From: Eukaryota sp. GEM-RC1
Taxonomy: Eukaryota
Direction of reading: 5' to 3'
Length of the DNA: 64,000 nt
Assembly: GCA_040285855.1 (NCBI GenBank)
Contig: JAUFOQ010000003.1
Span: forward strand, 868,001 to 932,000
Shown: piece after piece, positions 11,326 through 25,188 of the stretch
Layout of the letters: every line of letters starts with the position of its first letter
Numbering within the stretch: position 1 is the first letter of the stretch
The notes under the pieces: model-generated
Told to the model about the DNA's origin: nothing
Databases searched by the model: none
Seen by the model: the letters and a program-made list of their open reading frames with translations, nothing else
Translations under genes and position numbers: made by a program

Positions 11326-11908
11326 ATTTAGTTCTTGTTCATTTTTAGTGCACTTGTAATATATTCTCCTTCTTTTAAATGTTCCTGATCAAACAACAGT
11401 CTCGGCGCTTTACATTGATCAGGATTTGGCGTTATCTTCTGCCCAGTTGGGGATATTGCTATTATAACTTGACATTATTAACATGAGGTGTTGTACTACG
11501 TGCTTGCTACTACTACGAAAACCATGAAAACAGTTCTAGATTCTCTGCTGGTGGATTTTAGTGTTCAGTATTTGTCATCATTTCTATGAAAATGGTTGCT
11601 TTTGAGTTTACACTTGTTTCATAAACCACATTGCTACGTGATATACGTAAAAAATCATATACATTTACAACAACAGTTTGTCTGACATTCGATGCAAGTG
11701 ACGATGCAAAAGAGATCTTGATTGGGACTACGTCTAAATCAAGACGGTTGGATGAATTTGACTTGGAAAACCAATGGGAGTGAGGGACAATCAATCACGT
11801 ATCAAAGTTCACGTCATTTAATAAAGGGATATGATGAAAATGTAAAATTTGTCTCTGAAAGTCCTGGGAAGTGGCAAGAATTTCAAAATTTTAGGAATTC
11901 TTATGATC

Positions 11909-13029
11909 ATGAATTCAAACCTCTTTTCTTGCTTGAACGAAAACCGCCCTGTTCCAAAGAACTTACCCTCTCCCATTGTAACGATTCCTTGTGTTGCAGA
12001 TACTAGTAGCCAAAGATCACCCGAGACTAAACCATTGACCAAGCGACCTCCGTTAACCCCAGAAGTGATTCTGTCACTGAAACGAAGAACCAAACCACTT
12101 CCAAGAAGGACCGTACTAAACATTACAGCGATTCTTAGGACTCACACCAAGGCAGTCAAAACAAAGAAGCAGAAACACAATACTCAAAAATTGGACTCTT
12201 GGAACTTTCGAGATCCAGCTGTTTCTCTTTTCAAAAGAGCAATCCCAATGCCTACAACATTACTGAAGAACGACAAAAGGTGGCACGTGATGCTCTTTTA
12301 GCTGCAAAAAAGGAGATCAAAGGACAATTGAACAAGTTGTCTGATGCTAATCATGAGTCTATTCTAAACCAGTTGTACTTACTGCTATCAGGACACGACC
12401 CAATCTCAAGAAACCTTTCTCCACAGCAACTGGCTCAAACTAGAACAGTATTTGCCGAGCTTCTCTACAAGAAGGCTGTTTCAGAACCAACTTTCATAGA
12501 TCTGTATTGTCGTTTGTGCAAGGCATTGACACACAGATTTGACACAATAGCTCACGAAATCATCAACCAATGCCGGCTACACTTTGAAAGCTTCTTTGTT
12601 CATGATGCTTCTCTCTCAGACCAAGTAGGTCAGAATCTGCAACGACTGAAGAAGACTCTTGCCACTAACAACCACACCCCTAGTGATTCTCAATTGAAGG
12701 CAGAACAGTTCTTTTCTGAAGAGAAGTTGAAGTCTCAGCTTCAGACCAACATGCAGTTGGCAGCTTCGCTACTTCTTCACGGAGTTATCTCTGTAAAGGT
12801 GGCAAACTTCATTACTGATGTGCTGATACGAAACTATCAGAAGCGCTTCGCTGTTGAAGCTCTGATAACGTTCTGGTCCAAAATCTTGGACCGCGCTCCA
12901 GTTAATGGATATATTGAATCGTTGGCAGTTCAAATATCTCGCTTCTCAAAAGACAAAAATATTGTAGTGAGAGAACGTATGTTGTGTCTGAATTGGCTGG
13001 ATCTCTTTTCTGCTAGAAAGGACATGTAG
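11909..13029 (+). CDS. eIF4G-like MIF4G protein (AAKK/GQL variant)
   Basis: Same structure as 2845-3965. Confidence 0.75.
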
Positions 13030-13611
13030 ATTTAGTTCTTGTTCATTTTTAGTGCACTTGTAATATATTCTCCTTCTTTTAAATGTTCCTGATCAAACAA
13101 CAGTCTCGGCGCTTTACATTGATCAGGATTTGGCGTTATCTTCTGCCCAGTTGGGGATATTGCTATTATAACTTGACATTATTAACATGAGGTGTTGTAC
13201 TACGTGCTTGCTACTACTACGAAAACCATGAAAACAGTTCTAGATTCTCTGCTGGTGGATTTTAGTGTTCAGTATTTGTCATCATTTCTATGAAAATGGT
13301 TGCCTTTGAGTTTACACTTGTTTCATAAACCACATTGCTACGTGATATACGTAAAAAATCATATACATTTACAACAACAGTTTGTCTGACATTCGATGCA
13401 AGTGACGATGCAAAGAGATCTTGATTGGGACTACGTCTAAATCAAGACGGTTGGATGAATTTGACTTGGAAAACCAATGGGAGTGAGGGACAATCAATCA
13501 CGTATCAAAGTTCACGTCATTTAATGAAGGTATATGATGAAAATGTAAAATTTGTCTCTGAAAGTCCTGGGAAGTGGCAAGAATTTCAAAATTTTAGGAA
13601 TTCTTATGATC

Positions 13612-14732
13612 ATGAATTCAAACCTCTTTTCTTGCTTGAACGAAAACCGCCCTGTTCCAAAGAACTTACCCTCTCCCATTGTAACGATTCCTTGTGTTGC
13701 AGATACTAGTAGCCAAAGATCACCTAAGACTAAACCATTGACCAAGCGACCTCCGTTAACCCCAGAAGTGATTCTGTCACTGAAACGAAGAACCAAACCA
13801 CTTCCAAGAAGGACCGTACTAAACATTACAGCGATTCTTCAGACTCACACCAAGGCAGTCAAAACAAAGAAGCAGAAACACAATACTCAAAAATTGGACT
13901 CTTGGAACTTTCGAGATCCAGCTGTTTCTCTTTTCAAAAGAGCAATCCCAATGCCTACAACATTACTGAAGAACGACAAAAGGTGGCACGTGATGCTCTT
14001 TTAGCTACTACCAAGGAGATCAAAGGACTCCTGAATAAGTTGTCTGATGCTAATCATGAGTCTATTCTAAACCAGTTGTACTTACTGCTATCAGGACACG
14101 ACCCAATCTCAAGAAACCTTTCTCCACAGCAACTGGCTCAAACTAGAACAGTATTTGCCGAGCTTCTCTACAAGAAGGCTGTTTCAGAACCAACTTTCAT
14201 AGATCTGTATTGTCGTTTGTGCAAGGCATTGACACACAGATTTGACACAATAGCTCACGAAATCATCAACCAATGCCGGCTACACTTTGAAAGCTTCTTT
14301 GTTCATGATGCTTCTCTCTCAGACCAAGTAGGTCAGAATCTGCAACGACTGAAGAAGACTCTTGCCACTAACAACCACACCCCTAGTGATTCTCAATTGA
14401 AGGCAGAACAGTTCTTTTCTGAAGAGAAGTTGAAGTCTCAGCTTCAGACCAACATGCAGTTGGCAGCTTCGCTACTTCTTCACGGAGTTATCTCTGTAAA
14501 GGTGGCAAACTTCATTACTGATGTGCTGATACGAAACTATCAGAAGCGCTTCGCTGTTGAAGCTCTGATAACGTTCTGGTCCAAAATCTTGGACCGCGCT
14601 CCAGTTAATGGATATATTGAATCGTTGGCAGTTCAAATATCTCGCTTCTCAAAAGACAAAAATATTGTAGTGAGAGAACGTATGTTGTGTCTGAATTGGC
14701 TGGATCTCTTTTCTGCTAGAAAGGACATGTAG
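13612..14732 (+). CDS. eIF4G-like MIF4G protein
   Basis: Full-length unit with the same single frame break. Confidence 0.75.
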
Positions 14733-15315
14733 ATTTAGTTCTTGTTCATTTTTAGTGCACTTGTAATATATTCTCCTTCTTTTAAATGTTCCTGATCAAA
14801 CAACAGTCTCGGCGCTTTACATTGATCAGGATTTGGCGTTATCTTCTGCCCAGTTGGGGATATTGCTATTATAACTTGACATTATTAACATGAGGTGTTG
14901 TACTACGTGCTTGCTACTACTACGAAAACCATGAAAACAGTTCTAGATTCTCTGCTGGTGGATTTTAGTGTTCAGTATTTGTCATCATTTCTATGAAAAT
15001 GGTTGCCTTTGAGTTTACACTTGTTTCATAAACCACATTGCTACGTGATATACGTAAAAAATCATATACATTTACAACAACAGTTTGTCTGACATTCGAT
15101 GCAAGTGACGATGCAAAAGAGATCTTGATTGGGACTACGTCTAAATCAAGACGGTTGGATGAATTTGACTTGGAAAACCAATGGGAGTGAGGGACAATCA
15201 ATCACGTATCAAAGTTCACGTCATTTAATGAAGGTATATGATGAAAATGTAAAATTTGTCTCTGAAAGTCCTGGGAAGTGGCAAGAATTTCAAAATTTTA
15301 GGAATTCTTATGATC

Positions 15316-16436
15316 ATGAATTCAAACCTCTTTTCTTGCTTGAACGAAAACCGCCCTGTTCCAAAGAACTTACCCTCTCCCATTGTAACGATTCCTTGTG
15401 TTGCAGATACTAGTAGCCAAAGATCACCTAAGACTAAACCATTGACCAAGCGACCTCCGTTAACCCCAGAAGTGATTCTGTCACTGAAACGAAGAACCAA
15501 ACCACTTCCAAGAAGGACCGTACTAAACATTACAGCGATTCTTCAGACTCACACCAAGGCAGTCAAAACAAAGAAGCAGAAACACAATACTCAAAAATTG
15601 GACTCTTGGAACTTTCGAGATCCAGCTGTTTCTCTTTTCAAAAGAGCAATCCCAATGCCTACAACATTACTGAAGAACGACAAAAGGTGGCACGTGATGC
15701 TCTTTTAGCTACTACCAAGGAGATCAAAGGACTCCTGAATAAGTTGTCTGATGCTAATCATGAGTCTATTCTAAACCAGTTGTACTTACTGCTATCAGGA
15801 CACGACCCAATCTCAAGAAACCTTTCTCCACAGCAACTGGCTCAAACTAGAACAGTATTTGCCGAGCTTCTCTACAAGAAGGCTGTTTCAGAACCAACTT
15901 TCATAGATCTGTATTGTCGTTTGTGCAAGGCATTGACACACAGATTTGACACAATAGCTCACGAAATCATCAACCAATGCCGGCTACACTTTGAAAGCTT
16001 CTTTGTTCATGATGCTTCTCTCTCAGACCAAGTAGGTCAGAATCTGCAACGACTGAAGAAGACTCTTGCCACTAACAACCACACCCCTAGTGATTCTCAA
16101 TTGAAGGCAGAACAGTTCTTTTCTGAAGAGAAGTTGAAGTCTCAGCTTCAGACCAACATGCAGTTGGCAGCTTCGCTACTTCTTCACGGAGTTATCTCTG
16201 TAAAGGTGGCAAACTTCATTACTGATGTGCTGATACGAAACTATCAGAAGCGCTTCGCTGTTGAAGCTCTGATAACGTTCTGGTCCAAAATCTTGGACCG
16301 CGCTCCAGTTAATGGATATATTGAATCGTTGGCAGTTCAAATATCTCGCTTCTCAAAAGACAAAAATATTGTAGTGAGAGAACGTATGTTGTGTCTGAAT
16401 TGGCTGGATCTCTTTTCTGCTAGAAAGGACATGTAG
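15316..16436 (+). CDS. eIF4G-like MIF4G protein
   Basis: Full-length unit with the same single frame break. Confidence 0.75.
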
Positions 16437-17017
16437 ATTTAGTTCTTGTTCATTTTTAGTGCACTTGTAATATATTCTCTTTCTTTTAAATGTTCCTGAT
16501 CAAAAACAGTCTCGGCGCTTTACATTGATCAGGATTTGGCGTTATCTTCTGCCCAGTTGGGGATATTGCTATTATAACTTGACATTATTAACATGAGGTG
16601 TTGTACTACGTGCTTGCTACTACTACGAAAACCATGAAAACAGTTCTAGATTCTCTGCTGGTGGATTTTAGTGTTCAGTATTTGTCATCATTTCTATGAA
16701 AATGGTTGCCTTTGAGTTTACACTTGTTTCATAAACCACATTGCTACGTGATATACGTAAAAAATCATATACATTTACAACAACAGTTTGTCTGACATTC
16801 GATGCAAGTGACGATGCAAAGAGATCTTGATTGGGACTACGTCTAAATCAAGACGGTTGGATGAATTTGACTTGGAAAACCAATGGGAGTGAGGGACAAT
16901 CAATCACGTATCAAAGTTCACGTCATTTAATGAAGGGATATGATGAAAATGTAAAATTTGTCTCTGAAAGTCCTGGGAAGTGGCAAGAATTTCAAAATTT
17001 TAGGAATTCTTATGATC

Positions 17018-18138
17018 ATGAATTCAAACCTCTTTTCTTGCTTGAACGAAAACCGCCCTGTTCCAAAGAACTTACCCTCTCCCATTGTAACGATTCCTTG
17101 TGTTGCAGATACTAGTAGCCAAAGATCACCTAAGACTAAACCATTGACCAAGCGACCTCCGTTAACCCCAGAAGTGATTCTGTCACTGAAACGAAGAACC
17201 AAACCACTTCCAAGAAGGACCGTACTAAACATTACAGCGATTCTTCAGACTCACACCAAGGCAGTCAAAACAAAGAAGCAGAAACACAATACTCAAAAAT
17301 TGGACTCTTGGAACTTTCGAGATCCAGCTGTTTCTCTTTTCAAAAGAGCAATCCCAATGCCTACAACATTACTGAAGAACGACAAAAGGTGGCACGTGAT
17401 GCTCTTTTAGCTACTACCAAGGAGATCAAAGGACTCCTGAATAAGTTGTCTGATGCTAATCATGAGTCTATTCTAAACCAGTTGTACTTACTGCTATCAG
17501 GACACGACCCAATCTCAAGAAACCTTTCTCCACAGCAACTGGCTCAAACTAGAACAGTATTTGCCGAGCTTCTCTACAAGAAGGCTGTTTCAGAACCAAC
17601 TTTCATAGATCTGTATTGTCGTTTGTGCAAGGCATTGACACACAGATTTGACACAATAGCTCACGAAATCATCAACCAATGCCGGCTACACTTTGAAAGC
17701 TTCTTTGTTCATGATGCTTCTCTCTCAGACCAAGTAGGTCAGAATCTGCAACGACTGAAGAAGACTCTTGCCACTAACAACCACACCCCTAGTGATTCTC
17801 AATTGAAGGCAGAACAGTTCTTTTCTGAAGAGAAGTTGAAGTCTCAGCTTCAGACCAACATGCAGTTGGCAGCTTCGCTACTTCTTCACGGAGTTATCTC
17901 TGTAAAGGTGGCAAACTTCATTACTGATGTGCTGATACGAAACTATCAGAAGCGCTTCGCTGTTGAAGCTCTGATAACGTTCTGGTCCAAAATCTTGGAC
18001 CGCGCTCCAGTTAATGGATATATTGAATCGTTGGCAGTTCAAATATCTCGCTTCTCAAAAGACAAAAATATTGTAGTGAGAGAACGTATGTTGTGTCTGA
18101 ATTGGCTGGATCTCTTTTCTGCTAGAAAGGACATGTAG
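17018..18138 (+). CDS. eIF4G-like MIF4G protein
   Basis: Full-length unit with the same single frame break. Confidence 0.75.
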
Positions 18139-18721
18139 ATTTAGTTCTTGTTCATTTTTAGTGCACTTGTAATATATTCTCCTTCTTTTAAATGTTCCTG
18201 ATCAAACAACAGTCTCGGCGCTTTACATTGATCAGGATTTGGCGTTATCTTCTGCCCAGTTGGGGATATTGCTATTATAACTTGACATTATTAACATGAG
18301 GTGTTGTACTACGTGCTTGCTACTACTACGAAAACCATGAAAACAGTTCTAGATTCTCTGCTGGTGGATTTTAGTGTTCAGTATTTGTCATCATTTCTAT
18401 GAAAATGGTTGCCTTTGAGTTTACACTTGTTTCATAAACCACATTGCTACGTGATATACGTAAAAAATCATATACATTTACAACAACAGTTTGTCTGACA
18501 TTCGATGCAAGTGACGATGCAAAAGAGATCTTGATTGGGACTACGTCTAAATCAAGACGGTTGGATGAATTTGACTTGGAAAACCAATGGGAGTGAGGGA
18601 CAATCAATCACGTATCAAAGTTCACGTCATTTAATAAAGGGATATGATGAAAATGTAAAATTTGTCTCTGAAAGTCCTGGGAAGTGGCAAGAATTTCAAA
18701 ATTTTAGGAATTCTTATGATC

Positions 18722-19688
18722 ATGAATTCAAACCTCTTTTCTTGCTTGAACGAAAACCGCCCTGTTCCAAAGAACTTACCCTCTCCCATTGTAACGATTC
18801 CTTGTGTTGCAGATACTAGTAGCCAAAGATCACCTAAGACTAAACCATTGACCAAGCGACCTCCGTTAACCCCAGAAGTGATTCTGTCACTGAAACGAAG
18901 AACCAAACCACTTCCAAGAAGGACCGTACTAAACATTACAGCGATTCTTCAGACTCACACCAAGGCAGTCAAAACAAAGAAGCAGAAACACAATACTCAA
19001 AAATTGGACTCTTGGAACTTTCGAGATCCAGCTGTTTCTCTTTTCAAAAGAGCAATCCCAATGCCTACAACATTACTGAAGAACGACAAAAGGTGGCACG
19101 TGATGCTCTTTTAGCTACTACCAAGGAGATCAAAGGACTCCTGAATAAGTTGTCTGATGCTAATCATGAGTCTATTCTAAACCAGTTGTACTTACTGCTA
19201 TCAGGACACGACCCAATCTCAAGAAACCTTTCTCCACAGCAACTGGCTCAAACTAGAACAGTATTTGCCGAGCTTCTCTACAAGAAGGCTGTTTCAGAAC
19301 CAACTTTCATAGATCTGTATTGTCGTTTGTGCAAGGCATTGACACACAGATTTGACACAATAGCTCACGAAATCATCAACCAATGCCGGCTACACTTTGA
19401 AAGCTTCTTTGTTCATGATGCTTCTCTCTCAGACCAAGTAGGTCAGAATCTGCAACGACTGAAGAAGACTCTTGCCACTAACAACCACACCCCTAGTGAT
19501 TCTCAATTGAAGGCAGAACAGTTCTTTTCTGAAGAGAAGTTGAAGTCTCAGCTTCAGACCAACATGCAGTTGGCAGCTTCGCTACTTCTTCACGGAGTTA
19601 TCTCTGTAAAGGTGGCAAACTTCATTACTGCTGTGCTGATACGAAACTATCAGAAGCGCTTCGCTGTTGAAGCTCTGATAACGTTCTG
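18722..19688 (+). pseudogene. eIF4G-like copy interrupted by the LTR element, 3' part lost
   Basis: Same insertion point and same D>A variant (NFITAVL) as the copy at 6243. Confidence 0.9.
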
Positions 19689-20559
19689 TGTTGTCTGTAG
19701 ACATGGGAGAAGGTAAAGTAAATTTATTTTAAGGGTACTGTACCAGTACTAACACTACTTTTTCCCCTTTCTCGAGGACCTGGTCCTCTTGGCGGAGTGG
19801 AGAGGCACGGCTGGTACTACCCTGAACACTTCGTTTCTTTCTAGTAGACGGCTTATATGAGGGATTAGATTTAATAAACTCAGAATAGGCTTTCGTATTC
19901 TTTATTTGATCCAAAGGTACCTCGGTGGTGTCACCATCGAACCAGACGACTGAACAAACAGGTCCGGAGGGTGAGTCGGATTGGGATAGCACCTTAATCA
20001 CGATCATTTCCTCAGAGTCACAGGATGCGACTGCTTTGTGGAACTCATCAGACGAGGGTTTGTCAGTGAGGTATTTCTTACATTGGTGAACACTAGATTT
20101 GAACTGATGTCCAGTGATAATGTTCTGTAAGGTAAGAGAGCTTGCGGTGGGCGTGTCGATGACCAGGAATGGACCTTCGAGTTTGCCATGAAGCTTCTTA
20201 GTTTTGGAGTTAGTCTTGAGGACTAAGTCTCCACTCGAGTACAGGGACGACGAGGTTGGTTCGGCAGTTATCACAGGTTGAGTGGAAGATTGGTTGATCT
20301 CTGCCTCTTCCCGGTTTTTCAAAATTCTTTGAATTTTAGATTGATAATCTGCCAGGAAGGAATCCTCTGATTGGCTTTCCTGCGAGAGACAAGCTAGGAT
20401 CTTGCTAGGGTCGCTACCAGGGCTGGTGGCTGATCCAAACATGAGCTGGTATGGGGTGAAACCTGTCACTCTACTCTTAGTTGTGTTAACTAATAGTTGT
20501 ACAATTGGAATGTACTTGGACCAGTTGTCGTAATCATTGAAATCGATAAGCATCTTTCT
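19689..20559 (-). mobile_element. Truncated second copy of the 66-bp-LTR element (3' LTR plus integrase part)
   Basis: Near-identical to 7210-8079 and ends abruptly at 20559. Confidence 0.92.
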
Positions 20560-20777
20560 GTTTGCTGCTAGAAAGCAGTCTTAGTTTTTGTTCATTTATA
20601 GTGCACTTGTAATATACTCTCCTTCAGTTAAATGTTACTGGTTAAATAACAGTCTCGAAACTTTACATTGATCAGGATTTGGCGTTAATCTTCTAAGTTG
20701 TTGGAGACATTGCTGTAATAATTTGACAATATTAACAAGGGAAGGTGTACGATGTGTTCCTTGTTGCTGCAAATATG
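20557..20777 (+). pseudogene. 3' remnant of a diverged eIF4G-like paralogue with its downstream flank
   Basis: CTG TTT GCT GCT AGA AAG CAG TCT TAG (LFAARKQS*) vs array LFSARKDM*. The following sequence aligns with the unit's 3' flank, with many substitutions. Confidence 0.75.
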
Positions 20778-21127
20778 TAGTGCTACGAGAAACGTTTCTA
20801 CGTTTCAGCGTTTCCACGATTCCGAAACGTTTCCAATAAATATATCAGTATGGCATCGGCATGGAAAAGTAAAATACGTTTCGGAAACGTAAATTTCGGG
20901 TCTGGTTTTAACTTGTTTTTGTACAAAAAACACATCCACTACTACAGATTGAGATACAATGTGAGTGAGCACTGAAGATAATACCAATTTCAAGCCACCA
21001 AGAAGGATATTGGCAATTTCATCCTGTCGTTGAACTAAATCATCCAAAACTTCTTCGTCTTCTTCAACTTATATGACCAATGATAAATCGTTTCGAGACA
21101 AATTTTGTTACGTTTCTCGTAACACTA
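20778..21127. mobile_element. MITE, hAT-like termini, 350 bp
   Basis: TIRs TAGTGCTACGAGAAACGT / ACGTTTCTCGTAACACTA (17/18) and subterminal GAAACG/CGTTTC repeats. No clean TSD. Confidence 0.7.
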
Positions 21128-21199
21128 GAAAAAACTATGACAACAGTACTGGATCAATTATTGCAAGAATGACTCTCAAGTCGATGAATTAACTATAAT

Positions 21200-21862
21200 T
21201 CTTTAATGGAACAAAAACACTACAATAAACAAATACTAGAACTCAATATCATTAAAGCAACAATCATTGCCATTAAAACTCACATCAGCATTTTCTTTAT
21301 AAAAAACACTGAGAGCTAATAGAGCTTTTTAAATCATGATAGGAATTGTTTTAAATATTGTAAAAACAATACGATTCAACCAAAATTTGAAATCAAATTC
21401 CTTGTTCATTATTTTTTTTTGACAACTTTCTCAAAATCAGAGAGAAAACAAAGAGCATCTCTACCAAGTCGACCATAAATTGAAATTGCAAAGGACATAA
21501 TTTGTACTCAACATGTCTAATATGTTTGAGAGCGGTCAATGGTTCATCATATTTGTTTCTCTTGTATTGTTCTGAACTATTCAGTGGAGAAACTTCATTT
21601 TTAGCATCCTTGAATGCACTTTTTTTGCAAACATCCACAGCAATCACATCAACAATGGTTAGTTCATCATTGACTGATGGAACTATAACATCAGCTCTTC
21701 TTTTACCAAAAGTCTTATCAGAATCACTATTTTTAAATTATTGATTTCCAGCGATCTCAACAGTGGCTCAACAATAGATTCGATTTTGTAGGACTTACAC
21801 ATGGTATGAATTAGATCTCTGACAGCATCATGAATACAAGTTCTATAAGTAATGAAACGATT
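21200..21862 (-). mobile_element. 5'-truncated copy of the CRE-like LINE (endonuclease C-terminus and 3' end)
   Basis: Highly similar to ~60260-60909 (NRFITYRTCIHDAVRD, DVCKKSAFKDAK). Left boundary approximate. Confidence 0.85.
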
Positions 21863-22162
21863 AAAAGAAAAATCATATTTCAACTTTGTGTAACATACTT
21901 TTGTTGCTTCTTTTTGAAATCGAGTAGTCCTACAGTTGAACAAGTTCTCAAGGATTTAGGAGAACTGCGCAGAAAAAGGAAGTGTAAGTTTAGAATGCTG
22001 AATGTACAAATTGTATTGTGTTTTCCACTTGTCCTAATGTGCCTTTCTATTGTTCTCGATCAGTTCAGAAACTTTGCAATTTTGGTGTGAAGGTTAATAA
22101 TGAAAAGCGCAATTTTTTACCAGATCGGATGAAGTCGATTGGTAGTGTATTTAATTTTACTA

Positions 22163-22762
22163 CACTGGTTTGTCTAATTAGTCTCATCAGCAATTTAGTC
22201 TCAGTGAGACTAATTCTAGAATTGACCTTTGAATTTAGTCAGTGAGACTATAATCCAAATAAACTCTGTGTGTATTGCTACTATTTTTTGTCTTTCCTAT
22301 GCCCAATCTTTGAGAACTACTCTCATGTCTCTTCATAACCAATAGCTTTCAGTGTCTGTTTCCGTTTAAGCACGCATCCCTCGACCTCACAACCCTGCTG
22401 TTAGTATTTCCGACGAAGATAATTGGGATTCTGATGGTATTACGTACTAGATAAGCTGTAGTTGGACGTGGACTCTGTTTGAGCAATTAAATATCACTCA
22501 AATGTACTTTGTTTTTGAAGAACATAATGCAAAATATTCAGAGTGTTTTTATGGGAATCATATTATGAATGATCAATAGTTTTTCGTAATGAATAGTAAT
22601 AAGCAATGGTAAAGTAGTCTTCAAATTAGTCTCACCTTTTGAATTAGTCTCATCAGCAAATTAGTCTCATCAGATAAAGTCTCAGTGAGACTAATTCTAA
22701 AATTGATGATGAAAACTTTCCTTGCAAATTAGTCTCAGTGAGACTAATTAGACAAACCAGTG
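22163..22762. mobile_element. Tc1/mariner-type MITE, 600 bp
   Basis: TIR CACTGGTTTGTCTAATTAGTCTCA / TGAGACTAATTAGACAAACCAGTG flanked by TA on both sides. Repeated palindromic TTAGTCTCAGTGAGACTAA subterminal motifs. Confidence 0.8.
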
Positions 22763-22868
22763 TAGTTCACACAATTCTCGCTTTTGCATTGTTTGGACAT
22801 TTATTTGTGATGAATCTCAATTTTTTTGTAATCATTTTCTATCAAAACCAACTACCCAAAGGCATCAA

Positions 22869-25188
22869 ATGTCCCAACCACGAACTCAGTCGTTTACACC
22901 TCTGAAACGACGACAGTCCGATTCTCATACTGCTGCAAAAACTAGTCGTGTATCGTCGTCGTCCAATAAGGTCTCTACTACACCTTTGATCTTTATGAAC
23001 ACATTACAACACTTTCGTCAGCGTCAACATCTTACCGATTACACCCTCACCTTTAAGGGGGGATTCTTATGATTTTCATTCCTCGTTTATTGGCTCCATG
23101 AGCGAGATCATCAAATCTAAGCTTTCAGCATCAACTGGAGTTCTACGTCTCCCAGAAGTTGAATCACAGTTATCTGATTCTTCATTGCTATTTTCTGTTC
23201 TTGATTCTCTCTATGGGTGTCCCCCTTTGTATCACGTTTGATGATTTTGGTATTGTTCAACTGCTTTCCATCACTCTCAAACTTAAACCACTTTCTGACT
23301 CAATTAGAAATGCAGTAAAGAACGGCTTGGACTTCCCTGTCACTTTAAACTTGGATCATGACGTGATTCGGTCAACTTTTGTGATTTCGCAGTGTTGGAT
23401 GTTTCTCTAAGTTATCAATCCAAAAAGTTTCACATGAATTCCCTGTTACTCTCCTTATTTAGCATGTATTTTCACGATCTCTTCAGTGGTGGTTACCAAG
23501 ACTCAAATGACAAGAAGTTTTTGTTTCAAGACCAATTTCGAGGTGTTGTAGATGCGTGTTTTTCGAACTTGTTCTGCTTCTTTCGTGGTATTCCTATTCA
23601 GTTTTCCACTTCTAACGTTCTTGACTATTTTCAGTTGGGAACATACTTTCGGGTTGATTCAGTGTTGAAAGACTGTCAATCATTTGTTAAGGATGTACAA
23701 TGGACCGAGAAACAGTTGCTGGAACTTCTCCAGAAAGTATGTATTCGGGAGCATTATCCTTTCTTGTCAACATTTCAAGAACTTTTCAGTGTGCTGTGTA
23801 CAAATATTACTTTTTCACCTTTTGCTATTCCCTTCCAATTCTTTGAAATTCTTATCCCCATTGTGGATAATATATTTTTATTGGATTGTCTAGTTCAAAC
23901 GTGTCTTACAGATTTATCGGTGTCTAATGAAATTCCATCAGTTTTGAATATGTTCCGCTTTTCATCATCTCAATTTGATTTGTTGAATTTGTCTGTTTAT
24001 CCACTACTCAAGAAACCCATGCATGCGAAGATAATTTTAAACTGGATCATACAAGCAGTTTTTGATGATTTTGATATTTTAAAGTCAGCAAATTTTTCTA
24101 TTTATCCATCTGACCTATTTTGGAATTGTTTCCTACTGGTTGCAGGATATCCCGAATTTGAGCGATATGTTGCACCTTGTATAAGTGTCTTTCCACGAAT
24201 CATTACCCCTGACTATTTGTCTTCGAGAAAGTGTTCTTCTTTGTCTCCAAGTATACTTTACCAACTCTGTATAGGTCTACCTAAAGAATATCACCTCTGC
24301 CTTTTGACTATTTTAGTGAGTTCCTGGAATTCTTTTTCTCATGGATCTAGTTGGAACGTTGAATTATTTAATAATTGTCTTTCTGTGATTACACTACCTC
24401 CAACTGATCCCTTGGAAGTTTTTGGTATTTTACAATCAATCAAAGGATCACAGGAATTGACCAACTGTATTAATTCCTTTTTGGTTAAGAATTTATCTAG
24501 TTTTGTTTACTCAAAAATCAGTTCATTTTTGAGCTCCAGTCAACCAGCAGAAGTACGTACTCCTGGTCGTGTTCGTGTTGTGCCACAACCAAGAACATCT
24601 AGTAGCGGAAACTCTGACTCTTTTCGGCTGTTGTCTGAGAAATACCATCGACTTTGTAAATTTCAAGATATTCCCGGTTTGCCTAAATCAGTTCAGACAG
24701 ATGATTGTTTAGACACATCTCGATTCGTTCACTCAAGCTATGGATCAGCCCTAGCTCTATCAATGGCAAATACAGTTGTATTTAAAACTGGTAAAATTGG
24801 ACACCATGATTCTTTTGTTGAAATACCAATTGTGAAACAGTTCTGTTTTAAATTGACCAAGTTAAGTATTACGTCAAAAGAAAACAATCATGACCTGATT
24901 GGTTTTAAACCTTTTGATTCTCTCCAAAGTGATTCACCACCATTTCCTTGTTTTTCATCCAACGGTGACAGGAGTTCGGGGAGTTTCGTACCAACTAACC
25001 CTCGATTTCAGCATATACGAGCTAAACAATCCATCATTGTTTTATTTGAAAATGGAAAGGTTTATTTTAAACGCTCACAGGAATCTTATTTTGAGACTGA
25101 TATTCCAAGTAATTGTGCGTTTGGTGTTCAGTTGTATGCTCACAAAAGTTCTTGGCGCATTGATGTTGTTGATCATTCATCTGGTTGA
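22869..25188 (+). CDS. Tandem BTB/POZ-domain protein (three homopolymer frame breaks at ~23059, ~23223, ~23378)
   Basis: BTB1 reads LTDYTLTFKG-DSYDFHSSFIGSMSEII...VLDSLYG-PL. BTB2 reads LDVSLSYQSKKFHMNSLLLSLFSMYFHDLFSGGYQDS...NVLDYFQLGTYFRVDSVLKDC. Confidence 0.7.

Larger units (their letters stand above)
1..20777 (+). repeat. Tandem array of a ~1.70-kb unit carrying an eIF4G-like MIF4G gene (11 copies visible, open at the window start)
   Basis: The same C-terminus ...LFSARKDM* ends at 566, 2262, 3965, 5659, 9636, 11325, 13029, 14732, 16436 and 18138. An 11th copy is cut at 19688. Units are near-identical with a period of ~1694-1704 bp. Confidence 0.97.

Noticed and set aside
7206..19754. 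Site-specific targeting of the eIF4G-like gene by the LTR element
   Set aside because: Both host units share a private variant, so one insertion later duplicated is simpler.
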